Position numbers and translations under genes: made by a program | Notes under the pieces: model-generated | The model's database searches: none | Seen by the model: the letters and a program-made list of their open reading frames with translations, nothing else | What the model was told of the DNA's origin: nothing | In this document: piece by piece, positions 27,812 through 37,215 of the stretch | Layout: each line of letters begins with the position of its first letter | How positions within the stretch are numbered: position 1 is the stretch's first letter | DNA from: a virus | Strand: one strand, 5' to 3' | Length of the DNA stretch: 64,000 bases | Virus record (IMG/VR): IMGVR_UViG_3300025127_000023 | Location: 5,533 to 69,532 of that record

Positions 27812-28057
27812 ATGGCATTTACAAGCGATAACAGACCACATGTATTGGGAGATTTGATAGCAATTACCGGCACTGTCGCCAACGGCGACACAAGTGTTGA
27901 CCTTAGCGACTTCATGAGTGAGATTCTCATGGCGCAAGTTCAACCTTCCCACGCGTCGGGAACTGCAAGCGTAGCGAAGGTAGCAGGAACAACTGTTTCC
28001 TTCTCGGACATTTCTCACGCATCGGGCGGGCGACTATTTGCACTTGGCAAGCGGTAA
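27812..28057 (+). CDS. Small beta-rich virion protein
   Basis: 81-aa ORF, GGAGATGA SD, head-neck position. Confidence 0.7.
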   Translation: MAFTSDNRPHVLGDLIAITGTVANGDTSVDLSDFMSEILMAQVQPSHASGTASVAKVAGTTVSFSDISHASGGRLFALGKR

Positions 28058-28068
28058 GGTGATTCACC

Positions 28069-28233
28069 TTGCCTGTCACTGTGCATGAGTTCACACCCAA
28101 TCAAGCAACCATTACAGATGCCACCATTGCCGGTGGTATCGCGACGGTTCTAAACGGTATTGGAGGCGCGCCTATTTTGGCTGTCACGGCTTACGCGTGT
28201 CAAGGGAACATCTATGTAGTCGTCGTCCAATGA
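28069..28233 (+). CDS. 54-aa small protein not in ORF track (MPVTVHEFTPNQ...GNIYVVVVQ)
   Basis: AGGTGA SD, TTG start, fills the gap between neighbours. Confidence 0.7.
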   Translation: MPVTVHEFTPNQATITDATIAGGIATVLNGIGGAPILAVTAYACQGNIYVVVVQ

Positions 28234-28246
28234 AGGCGGTGATAGC

Positions 28247-28519
28247 ATGGGACTGACAGCGCAAGACATTCACAGAATGGCAAAGCAGGGTTGGACTCAT
28301 GCCGAAGGCGACATGGTGAAAACCGATGAGCGCGACAAGTTAAAAGGCGTTATCAAACAGCAGAACATTCGTTCGCGAAACATTCGCGATGTTCTCAACA
28401 TCGGTAGCGGCACTCGTTGTCGCCACTGTGGTATGCTTCACTTCTGTTATCTTGAGCGTTGCGGCTCTTGCAGTAAACCGATGGAATACAACCTCGGTAA
28501 AGTGGAGAAGGTGATTTAA
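28247..28519 (+). CDS. Zn-ribbon protein
   Basis: CRHC...CGSC; GGTGA SD. Confidence 0.8.
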   Translation: MGLTAQDIHRMAKQGWTHAEGDMVKTDERDKLKGVIKQQNIRSRNIRDVLNIGSGTRCRHCGMLHFCYLERCGSCSKPMEYNLGKVEKVI

Positions 28520-30114
28520 TGCCGACCGTGTTTCAAACAGGAGAGCGCGCACCAAGACCGCTTGACCCAACACGACTGTATTACACAACACCGCAGAAGG
28601 TCGCAGACATCTTACAGATACCACTACCCGACCCTGTTTATCTTGTAAGCGATACCAACACAAGCGGAACAACAGCGACAATCACAGCAACCGATTTTCG
28701 CCACACCGGATTTGAAGTTGGTGATAAGATTGAGATTGCAAGCGATGTTGAAATGGGTGAAGAATTAACCCTCACCAATGTTTCGCGCGATGGTAGCAAT
28801 GTTATCTTAACATGGGTTGGTGGTGTGGCGGGAGATTACGATACTGCCGATAACGCGTATGTTCAACCGCTACAATCATTCACCAATGGCAAAAGAAAGG
28901 GTATAACCAAATCAGCCGTTGAAACGCTTATCTTGCGAACGCAGGATAAGATTGACAACCTCACAAACAACTCATGGCGACCGATGTTGCAGACAGCCGA
29001 GTATGTCAATTTTGACACCTACAAACCATACCGACGAAGATACTACACTGATTATGTTGGTTCTGTCCCTCTTTACTTCCGCAATGTTCAGCAAGTGTTG
29101 AGGCTTGAAGTATGGCAGGGGCATGAGTATCGCGAAGTCGCGGCGGCAGAATGCAGATTGAAGGTTCTTGATTTCATGAAACTGACAGCAGACACAGACA
29201 AGGTGTTCTTGTGTCCGGGTGGTGGCGGCATCGCTACACTCACTGTTGGTGATGGGGCTTCCAAGTTCCGCGCGCAATTTGACAATGCCTCCACAGCACA
29301 GCAGTTATCCGACCTCATCAACAAAGACTTGCGAAGAGGTAAGAATGGTATTGTGTTCTCACCATCGTTTAGTTTTGACGATGCGGGAGGCACAGATGGC
29401 TCGGTTGTCGCGAATGTTCATCATGAGTTTATGTCATCAGCAAATGCTGACTACGGTAGCGCGCAAATCAAAATTACATCTATGCGCAGGGGTGAAGGTG
29501 GCGAAACATCAACCATCGCGATAACAGATGAAGACGGAATACAGATGTCCGGTTCGGAGTCTTGTCAAGGCACTGTTTCATCATCAACCACCGGACCAAA
29601 TACAATCACATTCACCACAGGTAGCGAGTTTGCTCCGTTCGGCCTCATCAAGATTGGCACATCTATTGGCTACTACACAAGCATTGCAAGCGGTGTCATG
29701 AATGGCGTTGTCAATCTTCATGGCGACATCATGGCGGCGGCTACAAACGGTGCTATCATCCACCAACGCAAGTTTACCATTGATTATGTTGGTTCAACAA
29801 CAGGTGATGAAGCGCGTCTTCGCGATTGGTGGGCTGATTACGACTTGGGTATCATTTACTTCAACAACACATACCCCTATTTCTCATGGAACGCGGTCAA
29901 GGTATCGTATGTTTATGGTGAACGATATGTTGAGAAAGCCATTGAGGACATTTGCACGAAACTTGTCGCGATGGATTTGATTCTATCCGATGACCGAAGC
30001 GTGTTGCTACCCGAAGGAACACAGAATGTGGACTTGGGTTCAAAGTATCAATTGCTCAAGGCTCAAGTGGCAGAAACCCTACCGCGCTATGTGGAGGTGA
30101 TGACGCTTGAGTGA
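28519..30114 (+). CDS. Probable head-tail adaptor/neck protein with inserted domains
   Basis: YTTPQKVADIL N-terminus, VKVSYVYG...AIEDICTKLVA C-terminus resembling head-tail connector families; position. Confidence 0.7.
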   Translation: MPTVFQTGERAPRPLDPTRLYYTTPQKVADILQIPLPDPVYLVSDTNTSGTTATITATDFRHTGFEVGDKIEIASDVEMGEELTLTNVSRDGSNVILTWVGGVAGDYDTADNAYVQPLQSFTNGKRKGITKSAVETLILRTQDKIDNLTNNSWRPMLQTAEYVNFDTYKPYRRRYYTDYVGSVPLYFRNVQQVLRLEVWQGHEYREVAAAECRLKVLDFMKLTADTDKVFLCPGGGGIATLTVGDGASKFRAQFDNASTAQQLSDLINKDLRRGKNGIVFSPSFSFDDAGGTDGSVVANVHHEFMSSANADYGSAQIKITSMRRGEGGETSTIAITDEDGIQMSGSESCQGTVSSSTTGPNTITFTTGSEFAPFGLIKIGTSIGYYTSIASGVMNGVVNLHGDIMAAATNGAIIHQRKFTIDYVGSTTGDEARLRDWWADYDLGIIYFNNTYPYFSWNAVKVSYVYGERYVEKAIEDICTKLVAMDLILSDDRSVLLPEGTQNVDLGSKYQLLKAQVAETLPRYVEVMTLE

Positions 30115-30367
30115 GATATTTAGCAAAGACATGCTGAAAGACATCAAGCCGGTTATCGCGAAAATGCGCGAGCAAATGATATGGTCAAGAGAAGGACGCG
30201 TTTACCTTGTCGCTTCTGCTGACGCGTATGGCTATGAAGTCAACAGTCAAGGCGACATTCTTCTCAAAGACGGTTCAAAGATGACACCTAAACACCCCGA
30301 CTACAACACGATTGTGGGTAAAGCAAAGCAAGAGGCTCGCAACAGTCCGATATGGGGGGAGTTTTGA
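30107..30367 (+). CDS. Hypothetical neck-region protein
   Basis: GGAGGTGA SD, TTG start. Confidence 0.65.
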   Translation: MSEIFSKDMLKDIKPVIAKMREQMIWSREGRVYLVASADAYGYEVNSQGDILLKDGSKMTPKHPDYNTIVGKAKQEARNSPIWGEF

Positions 30368-30804
30368 TGGCTCTTGAATCCGTTGAACTCATCAAGAAAT
30401 TATTCAATGAGGGTTGGAATCGTGGCAACACATCGCAAAGAAAGCCAACCATTCAAGACATCACAACCGTTGACCCCGGCGGTAAGCGTCTTGACTTGGC
30501 GCGTTCCGATGCAATTGTTCTATACGAAACAGCGCACAACGAAGAGCAACCCGAAGTGTTTTACGATTTCGTCCACACGCGTATAAATGTGACAGTGGAC
30601 GCGAGAACAATGGAGGGTCGCGCTCAACTGTCAAAGATGGAAGACGAGGTTCGGCGCATCGTCCACGCGAACAGAAAAGGCGATGGGCTTAATTTTGACC
30701 GATTACTCTATAAAACAAGAACTGACCTTTCGGACAGGACGAAGCGGTTGCACCGCATGACATTTCAAGTTGAGATAGTAATATTCAGCGAACTGATAGC
30801 ATAA
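30367..30804 (+). CDS. Probable tail terminator/completion protein
   Basis: 145 aa directly before the tail tube gene; alpha/beta pattern. Confidence 0.6.
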   Translation: MALESVELIKKLFNEGWNRGNTSQRKPTIQDITTVDPGGKRLDLARSDAIVLYETAHNEEQPEVFYDFVHTRINVTVDARTMEGRAQLSKMEDEVRRIVHANRKGDGLNFDRLLYKTRTDLSDRTKRLHRMTFQVEIVIFSELIA

Positions 30805-30820
30805 TGAAGAGGGAAAAAAG

Positions 30821-32755
30821 ATGGCATCAACGATATACAAGGGTGATTTGGCAGAAGTGACATTCGGACACGAATGTGGAATAGTGATAGCGCATGGGTC
30901 GTTTGGCGGAGTGGATTTTTCCATCGCTACAAGCGGCGACATTTCAACGATTACATTCGCGAACGGCGCAAACGGTTTCTTCTCATCCGGTTCAAATCTG
31001 CGATACCCTGCCGGAATGCTTGTTGGTTCACAACTACGCGTTATTGGCGGAAACGCTTACGCAAGCGATGACTTTTCAACAAAAGGACACACTTACACCA
31101 TTGTCGCGAACAGTGGAACAGAACTCAAAGTTTCTCCTGCTATGAAATCAACCGGCGCAAGTGCCGCAGGTGATGAGTTAATGATTGACACCATCGGAAC
31201 ACCAACCGTTGACACAGGAATGGCATACCACGCTAACGCTTTATCATCCGATGAAACCGTCCTTACTGACCAATTCGTTGGTCTTGCCGCAACCATCGCG
31301 TTGCCGGAAACCAAAGTGGAAATCCGCCGAAGCCATGTTGTTGGCATTGGCCGTGATGTTGTTATCCAAGAACCTCAAAGCATGAAGAACGAAGGTGGCT
31401 CTATGGAGATGATGTTCAACAGTGCGCGTTGGCTATACTACGCTCTTGGCGCGTATGTTGTTGATGAGCCTTCTGCTGTCAAAGCGACATGTTCGGGACA
31501 CACTGAAAAGGACATCGCCGCAGGTGATACCTACTTTGCATTTACAGGAACAATGAGCAACAAACCCACTGTTGGTGAATACCTGCTTATTGTTGACGGC
31601 ACAGCCGTTGACTTCCCTCGCGACAACCCTGCCGCCGCTTCAAAGAAATGGGGTGCTGATGGTGTTGGAACTGATATGGAAAACGCAGAACGCAATGAGA
31701 TTCGCCGTGTTATCGCGATTGATGAAACATTGACCGAGCGAAGAATCCATGTTGATGAACCATTTACCTTTGACCATGCCGTTGGAAACATGACGCAAAA
31801 AGTTCTTGCTTACGATGCCGCTTCTTCAAACGGTTCTCCACATTTTGACACCGCCGCAGGAACATTCGGTGCAATCACCAACCGACAATCCCACTTAATT
31901 TATCAAGGCGCAACCGTTCCTTCGTTTACACTTGAGTCAAGCATCCGCACACGCAATACCGGCTCATTCAACGCTAACGCGTTGTCCGACAAGTCGTTGG
32001 CCGCGCCGGGAACTGCAAGTGATAGTAAACAACTTACGCGCGTTTGGCGAGGTTGCAAAGTCAAAGACTTCTCACTCGCGGCTGACGCTGATGCAGAAGT
32101 AAAACTCTCCATCAACTTTGATGCGCTTTACTGCTACACCGATACAGGTCGTCTTGAAAACAGCAACAAAGGCGACCGATACACCGCACATCGTATGTTT
32201 GAAAACATTGCAAACAGTGGTGTAAACCGAAAGATAGCAGGTATCGCACCAAACACCGAGAAACCTTACTTCTTTTACAACGGTTCAATCACTGCATTTG
32301 GTATCAATCTCGCGCAAATCACAAACTTCAACATTACAGGCAATAACAACATTGAGAACATTTTGACCGTTCGCGGTTCTTCTCTTGCAGAAGCACGAAA
32401 CAGCGCAGGACAGTCGCTTGAGCAAGTGCCATTCGGCGGCTCGCGATTCCCGTCTTTGACTATTGAAAAGCAAGTTGAGTATGAATGTGCATTGACTATC
32501 ATCGTTGCAGACCCACTTCTATGGCATGAATACCGAACCAACCGTTCTCACGGTAGCGACGAACCAATCACACTTTCACTTACCAAAGCGGGCGCAGGTA
32601 GCAACCGCGAAGAGGTCACAATTGTCATTGATGACTACATCATCAGCGAAGCACCGCTACCAATCCCCGAAGACAAAGGGCCAATCAAATCGGAAATCAA
32701 GATTATGCCAAAGCACATGCGCGTAATCTCACATGATGCATTCTTAGGACTGTGA
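30821..32755 (+). CDS. Probable major tail tube protein with inserted domains
   Basis: PSFTLE...RVWRGCKVKDFSL tube-like motifs; followed by chaperone pair and tape measure; no sheath gene seen. Confidence 0.75.
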   Translation: MASTIYKGDLAEVTFGHECGIVIAHGSFGGVDFSIATSGDISTITFANGANGFFSSGSNLRYPAGMLVGSQLRVIGGNAYASDDFSTKGHTYTIVANSGTELKVSPAMKSTGASAAGDELMIDTIGTPTVDTGMAYHANALSSDETVLTDQFVGLAATIALPETKVEIRRSHVVGIGRDVVIQEPQSMKNEGGSMEMMFNSARWLYYALGAYVVDEPSAVKATCSGHTEKDIAAGDTYFAFTGTMSNKPTVGEYLLIVDGTAVDFPRDNPAAASKKWGADGVGTDMENAERNEIRRVIAIDETLTERRIHVDEPFTFDHAVGNMTQKVLAYDAASSNGSPHFDTAAGTFGAITNRQSHLIYQGATVPSFTLESSIRTRNTGSFNANALSDKSLAAPGTASDSKQLTRVWRGCKVKDFSLAADADAEVKLSINFDALYCYTDTGRLENSNKGDRYTAHRMFENIANSGVNRKIAGIAPNTEKPYFFYNGSITAFGINLAQITNFNITGNNNIENILTVRGSSLAEARNSAGQSLEQVPFGGSRFPSLTIEKQVEYECALTIIVADPLLWHEYRTNRSHGSDEPITLSLTKAGAGSNREEVTIVIDDYIISEAPLPIPEDKGPIKSEIKIMPKHMRVISHDAFLGL

Positions 32756-32760
32756 GGGCA

Positions 32761-33174
32761 ATGAAAGAACTGAACATAGCATGGGAACTTCTCAAGATGG
32801 GAGAAGACTACGGCGATGTATCAATCGCGTTAGACCAACGAGCAGAAGAAGAGCGCGCAAGAAAGGATGCCATTGAGCGACACAACGCAATGGCGCGTAA
32901 GCGATTGATGGAACAGATGCAATATCCAAACATGGCTTTACAACGAGGGGATGACCCTAAAGAGGTTGCTATGCACCATCCATCAATGAAGATGCCAAAG
33001 AAAAAGGACAAGATAAAGTTTCCAAACCTCATGACTGACAGCCCGGAACGCCTACGAGAACTTGCTCCTAACGCGAACTTGGTGGATAGCAACGCGCCGC
33101 CTGTTCCGCAGACCGACCCAAACCCTCTCGGTTTGAGTATGGATAAGTTGAAAGAGTTGCAAAGGCAGGGATAA
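32761..33174 (+). CDS. Hypothetical protein with N-terminal ELNIAWELLK tag
   Basis: GAGG SD before ATG 32761; charged helical content unlike tail proteins. Confidence 0.7.
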   Translation: MKELNIAWELLKMGEDYGDVSIALDQRAEEERARKDAIERHNAMARKRLMEQMQYPNMALQRGDDPKEVAMHHPSMKMPKKKDKIKFPNLMTDSPERLRELAPNANLVDSNAPPVPQTDPNPLGLSMDKLKELQRQG

Positions 33175-33177
33175 GAC

Positions 33178-33585
33178 ATGAGAAAGAGTTTGCACCTCGG
33201 AGATGAGCGAAGAGTTCCACTTGAAGAAGTGATTGAAGAAGTCGTTGAAGAAGAAATCTTCAATCCCGAAGCCGCGAAAGCGGATGATAACCCATTCCCC
33301 GAAGAAGAAGTGGTTGAGGAAACCACACCTCTTGAAGAAGAAGGACCCACAGATTACGATTCCATGACCGTTGAAGAATTGCGCGCGCTTTGCCGAGCGC
33401 GAGGATTGCCGGTTGCAGGAAAGAAGGCGGATTTAGTTGCCCGTCTATTGGACGCGGATGCCCCCTCGGAAGAGGCTGTTGAAGTGGCCGAAGATGCCCC
33501 CTCGGAAGAGGCAGTATCAAGCGACGAAACAGGAAGTGTAAGTAATGAATCCGAACCAAACGAAACAACCGACGCAGTTGGTTGA
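33178..33585 (+). CDS. Acidic protein with SAP domain
   Basis: YDSMTVEELRALCRARGLPVAGKKADLVARL. Confidence 0.8.
   Translation: MRKSLHLGDERRVPLEEVIEEVVEEEIFNPEAAKADDNPFPEEEVVEETTPLEEEGPTDYDSMTVEELRALCRARGLPVAGKKADLVARLLDADAPSEEAVEVAEDAPSEEAVSSDETGSVSNESEPNETTDAVG
33457..33512 (+). repeat. 20-bp coding direct repeat, 2 copies
   Basis: GATGCCCCCTCGGAAGAGGC at 33457 and 33493. Confidence 0.9.
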
Positions 33586-33934
33586 CAGCGCAGTAAGCCT
33601 ACTTGTAAAAACGAGTGCAATTGAACATATGATACGAGCAGACCCCGACAACCCGGACATCGGGTTGAAGATATGGGTTCGCGAGTTATCCTTTATGCAG
33701 ATGCAAAACGCACTCAAGACATTCGTAAACATTGGCACTGACGGTTCTATTGACATTGACCTCGCCTCCTATTGGAAGCACATGTTCGCGGAGTGTATTG
33801 AAAAGACCGAGCCGCGCATCACTCCAACACAGATGATGCAACTTAACCCATTCGTAGCCGGACAGATTACCGCGCTACTCCCACAGCCACAGGATTTGAT
33901 TTCAACCCCTTTGAGCGATGGGGCAGACGAATAG
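33545..33934 (+). CDS. Tail assembly chaperone (gpG-like)
   Basis: Position before tape measure; in-frame slippery heptamer near the 3' end. Confidence 0.75.
   Translation: MNPNQTKQPTQLVDSAVSLLVKTSAIEHMIRADPDNPDIGLKIWVRELSFMQMQNALKTFVNIGTDGSIDIDLASYWKHMFAECIEKTEPRITPTQMMQLNPFVAGQITALLPQPQDLISTPLSDGADE
33907..33913 (+). other. Putative -1 programmed ribosomal frameshift site C CCT TTG
   Basis: X XXY YYZ aligned to the reading frame; -1 frame is open into ORF 33952-34212. Confidence 0.75.
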
Positions 33935-34212
33935 ATGAAGTCTATTCGTTCATGAACGCCCCCAATCAGCAAGAACAGGTTGACATTGAAATGATAATGA
34001 ACGCGTCCGCATACTTCGTAGCAAAGCACTATGGTCTAAGCATGGGTCAAGTGTGGGCTATGGACGCAAAAGAGTTTCAAGAATCGTTCGCGTTTGCAAG
34101 CGCGGCTGAACGCCTAAAGGCAGAAGAGATGGAGAAGATGAAGAAAGAATCTAAGGGCAAGATGCGCGTAGCGGGAACAGACGCGGCACAACCGATGCCA
34201 TTTAGCGAATGA
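33907..34212 (+). CDS. Tail assembly chaperone C-terminal extension (gpT-like), likely reached by frameshift
   Basis: -1 frame reads PFERWGRRIDEVYSFMNAP...; no SD before ATG 33952; HYGLSMGQVWAM resembles gpT-like proteins. Confidence 0.7.
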   Translation, partial: PFERWGRRIDEVYSFMNAPNQQEQVDIEMIMNASAYFVAKHYGLSMGQVWAMDAKEFQESFAFASAAERLKAEEMEKMKKESKGKMRVAGTDAAQPMPFSE

Positions 34213-34222
34213 GGGATAACAG

Positions 34223-36004
34223 ATGGCTGACGCAGTGAGAGCAACAGTGGCCGATTTAGACGGCCTTGTTGCTGTCATGAAAGAACTTGGTCTTGTCACC
34301 AAAAATCAAGAGAAGAGCGATGGTATCTTTGAGAAAAGGCGACGCAGTATCAAGAAGACATTTGAGAAGAGTCCGTTTGGTAAAGCGACAAAAAGCCTCA
34401 AAGGGTATTTCAAATCATTCAAGCAACTCGGAGAATACACCGTTAAAGCGCGTAGCGTAGGTGATGAGAAATTAGCACAGATGGAAGAAGAGATGACGGG
34501 ATTGACAAAACTCACCGCTACAATGGTGTTTCACACAGGCATAGCGAAGATAATGAACAAGGTTGCAGGAAAAACCAACAACATCTTTGCAAGGTTGCTA
34601 ATGAGCATTCTCTCACTCGTTTCAATTTTCGCGATGGTAGCGTTTGCTTTCGGTATATTGCTGTTAGCGTTTCAAGGGGCTGATAGCCCGATATTAGACC
34701 TAACAGACGGTTTGTTTGGTATAGACCAAGCCGCGCAGGGTGTAATCATGGCGTTTACAGGTGAAGGCGAAGGTGGTTTGATGGGTGCTATCAATGTCGT
34801 CGCGGCGGCTATGGCTGTCGCAGGAGTGACTTATTTGGCGTTTGGAGGCACAGTAGCGTTGATAGCGGGCGGTGCATTGCTGATAGTCGGAACATTCCAA
34901 CTGATGAAAAAACAGTTTGATGACAACATCGCCGCTTTTGCGGCGGCAACTGTTGTGACATTGGTGTTGGTAGCCGCGTTTATCAAGTGGAAGTTTGCCG
35001 CGCTTGCGGCAAAAACCGTGACATTAGGTGCAGTGAAAGCCACTGTTGGTAGTTTGCTACTCGGAGTTGCCATCATTGTTGGCGGTCTAACAATGCTGTA
35101 TTTATTCGCGACAGGCAAGGTTAGCGGTTGGGTTGGTTGGGCTGTTGCTCTCTTAGGTGCAGGTGCTATCGCCGCAGGTTTGGCTATTTTCTTGGGTCTT
35201 ACTTGGCCGGTTGCTCTTATCATCGCGGCTATTGCTCTTGTTGTTGCCATCGTATATCGGTATTGGGATGAGATTTACGCGTTCTTCAAACCTGCAATAG
35301 ATGTCATTATTATCGCGGCTAAAGCAGTATATGCCGCATTTTTGGTTGCTGTTGATGTTGCGGCGGCTATCGTGATGGGTGTTGTGAAAGCGGTTTGGTT
35401 TGTCATCAGTGGCATTTTCAAAGCATTCGTGTTTACATTCAAACTGCTTTGGAAGGTTGTTTGGGGAGTCATTCAGTTGGGTGTCAAACTCGTTATTGGC
35501 ATATTCAAAATCCTTTCTTGGCCTTTCGTTCAAGCATTCAAGGGTATCAAGTGGTTCTTTGGTTGGCTAATGGGAATGCCGGGTAAAATCAAGGACGCGT
35601 TTATTGGTGGTGTTAAGGCACTCGTCAACGCGATTGCGGGTATATGGAACAAGACGGCAGGTAAATTGCAATTTGATATACCCGATTGGGTCCCTAAAAT
35701 TGGTGGTGGCAGATTCGGCATACCAAAGATACCGTTGCTCGCAAAGGGTGGTATTGTTAATTCACCAACGCTTGCAGTGGTTGGTGAGGATGGACCGGAA
35801 GCGGTAGTGCCGTTAACAAAGAAAAACAATCCACAAGGTATCGGTTTGGGTGGCGGCAACGGACCAATCACGCTTAACATCAATGTAGGCGGAGTGACAG
35901 ACAGAACCGACAAGCGCGCACTTGCTCGCGAAATTGGTGATGCTATCCGCGATGAGATGTTCCGTTCGGGTCGTTCAATGGGAACAAGGAGAGGTGCATT
36001 GTAA
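34223..36004 (+). CDS. Tail tape measure protein
   Basis: Ala/Gly-rich hydrophobic helices with periodic aromatics; C-terminal LAKGGIV...VVGEDGPEAVVPL motif. Confidence 0.85.
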   Translation: MADAVRATVADLDGLVAVMKELGLVTKNQEKSDGIFEKRRRSIKKTFEKSPFGKATKSLKGYFKSFKQLGEYTVKARSVGDEKLAQMEEEMTGLTKLTATMVFHTGIAKIMNKVAGKTNNIFARLLMSILSLVSIFAMVAFAFGILLLAFQGADSPILDLTDGLFGIDQAAQGVIMAFTGEGEGGLMGAINVVAAAMAVAGVTYLAFGGTVALIAGGALLIVGTFQLMKKQFDDNIAAFAAATVVTLVLVAAFIKWKFAALAAKTVTLGAVKATVGSLLLGVAIIVGGLTMLYLFATGKVSGWVGWAVALLGAGAIAAGLAIFLGLTWPVALIIAAIALVVAIVYRYWDEIYAFFKPAIDVIIIAAKAVYAAFLVAVDVAAAIVMGVVKAVWFVISGIFKAFVFTFKLLWKVVWGVIQLGVKLVIGIFKILSWPFVQAFKGIKWFFGWLMGMPGKIKDAFIGGVKALVNAIAGIWNKTAGKLQFDIPDWVPKIGGGRFGIPKIPLLAKGGIVNSPTLAVVGEDGPEAVVPLTKKNNPQGIGLGGGNGPITLNINVGGVTDRTDKRALAREIGDAIRDEMFRSGRSMGTRRGAL

Positions 36005-37215
36005 TGCCAAAGATACGCCTTGTGAGAAAGGACGGTGGGTTGCTGACCCTTGACGCAACATCGTTTAGCATATCCATGAACCGTTCTGTGCCTGTAATTC
36101 CTATTCCTGTTCTTGCTGAAAGAATGGGTATTGATACGAACACTGTCGCGACAGACATACAGATTGACTGTATTTTGGTTGATGATGATTGCGCGGCTAC
36201 GGAGTTTTTGAGTAGGGCGGCATCTTGCACGATTGACTTTGGTGCAGGTGCAGATACGAGCGCAGGGCAAACACAGCAATGGTTCGGGGGCAGTGTTGCA
36301 CTGTCGGACTTGAACGGTAAATCGTTCAACATATCATCGCTGTATCAGTCTTCAAGTCGCATCATTCCCCCTATTCGCGTTTTGTTTGATACTTCAACAG
36401 CAAGTCATTCATCGTCCGGTGGAGGTTCTAATCCAACAACCACTGTCGGTATTCAAGGTATCACCACTGCCGCGCAGTTAGCATCAACCATCAAGACGGC
36501 TCTTGACGCATCCGATTACTCACCAACGCAAGTTGCGACATCGGGCGCGACAACATTCGCGAGTGTATTCTCCACATCAGTCGGGGCAGGTAAACTGTCT
36601 GCAACCGGCAACTCAAAACTCACCATTACGCAGGTTGAATTGGGTGGCAACGGCAACAACGCAACGCCGATATTTTGGACTGATGCAGACAATGAAGACT
36701 TGTCAAAACCCTTCCACACATCGTTCAAAGGTGGTAGCGCGCACGATTGCAGAAGCGCAGGGGATAAGTTGCAAGACCTCATCGGGTATGTTGGTAATGC
36801 TTCTTTGATGGGCGCAGTTGGGAGCGTGTTTGATGTGTTTGGTAGCGAAGCCGGTGGAGAAGCCGGTGGGTTTGACATGACAGGAGAACTCTCAACCATT
36901 AGCGGAGATTTGGGAACTGACTACATTGTAGGCATACAAATCCCCTTTAATTCCTTGATACAGAAAACAGCCGTAAATGCTGACGAGAATAGTTATGTTA
37001 CGCGCAATCTGCTTATTGTTTCCGGTTTGAATAGCGCGGAAGCCCAATCATCAAAGGGCAACACATTACCTTCCGGTGTGGTATTTGATGTGAGCGATAA
37101 GTTCACAGGCATACGCGGGACGGTAGTGGGAATGAGTTTTTCCTACGATGCAGGAAACAACATTTACGAGGGAAGCCTAACATTCCAACCTCTTGATTTC
37201 ATGGTGGGATTGTAA
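36004..37215 (+). CDS. Probable distal tail/baseplate protein
   Basis: Ser/Thr/Gly-rich beta protein directly after tape measure. Confidence 0.6.
   Translation: MPKIRLVRKDGGLLTLDATSFSISMNRSVPVIPIPVLAERMGIDTNTVATDIQIDCILVDDDCAATEFLSRAASCTIDFGAGADTSAGQTQQWFGGSVALSDLNGKSFNISSLYQSSSRIIPPIRVLFDTSTASHSSSGGGSNPTTTVGIQGITTAAQLASTIKTALDASDYSPTQVATSGATTFASVFSTSVGAGKLSATGNSKLTITQVELGGNGNNATPIFWTDADNEDLSKPFHTSFKGGSAHDCRSAGDKLQDLIGYVGNASLMGAVGSVFDVFGSEAGGEAGGFDMTGELSTISGDLGTDYIVGIQIPFNSLIQKTAVNADENSYVTRNLLIVSGLNSAEAQSSKGNTLPSGVVFDVSDKFTGIRGTVVGMSFSYDAGNNIYEGSLTFQPLDFMVGL

Noticed and set aside
30821-32755. Contractile tail sheath, suggested by its 644-aa size
   Set aside because: Motifs are tube-like and no separate tube gene or baseplate wedge genes were recognised
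34223-36004. Multi-pass membrane transporter
   Set aside because: Position after the chaperone pair and the C-terminal GGIV...GEDGPEAVVPL motif fit a tape measure protein
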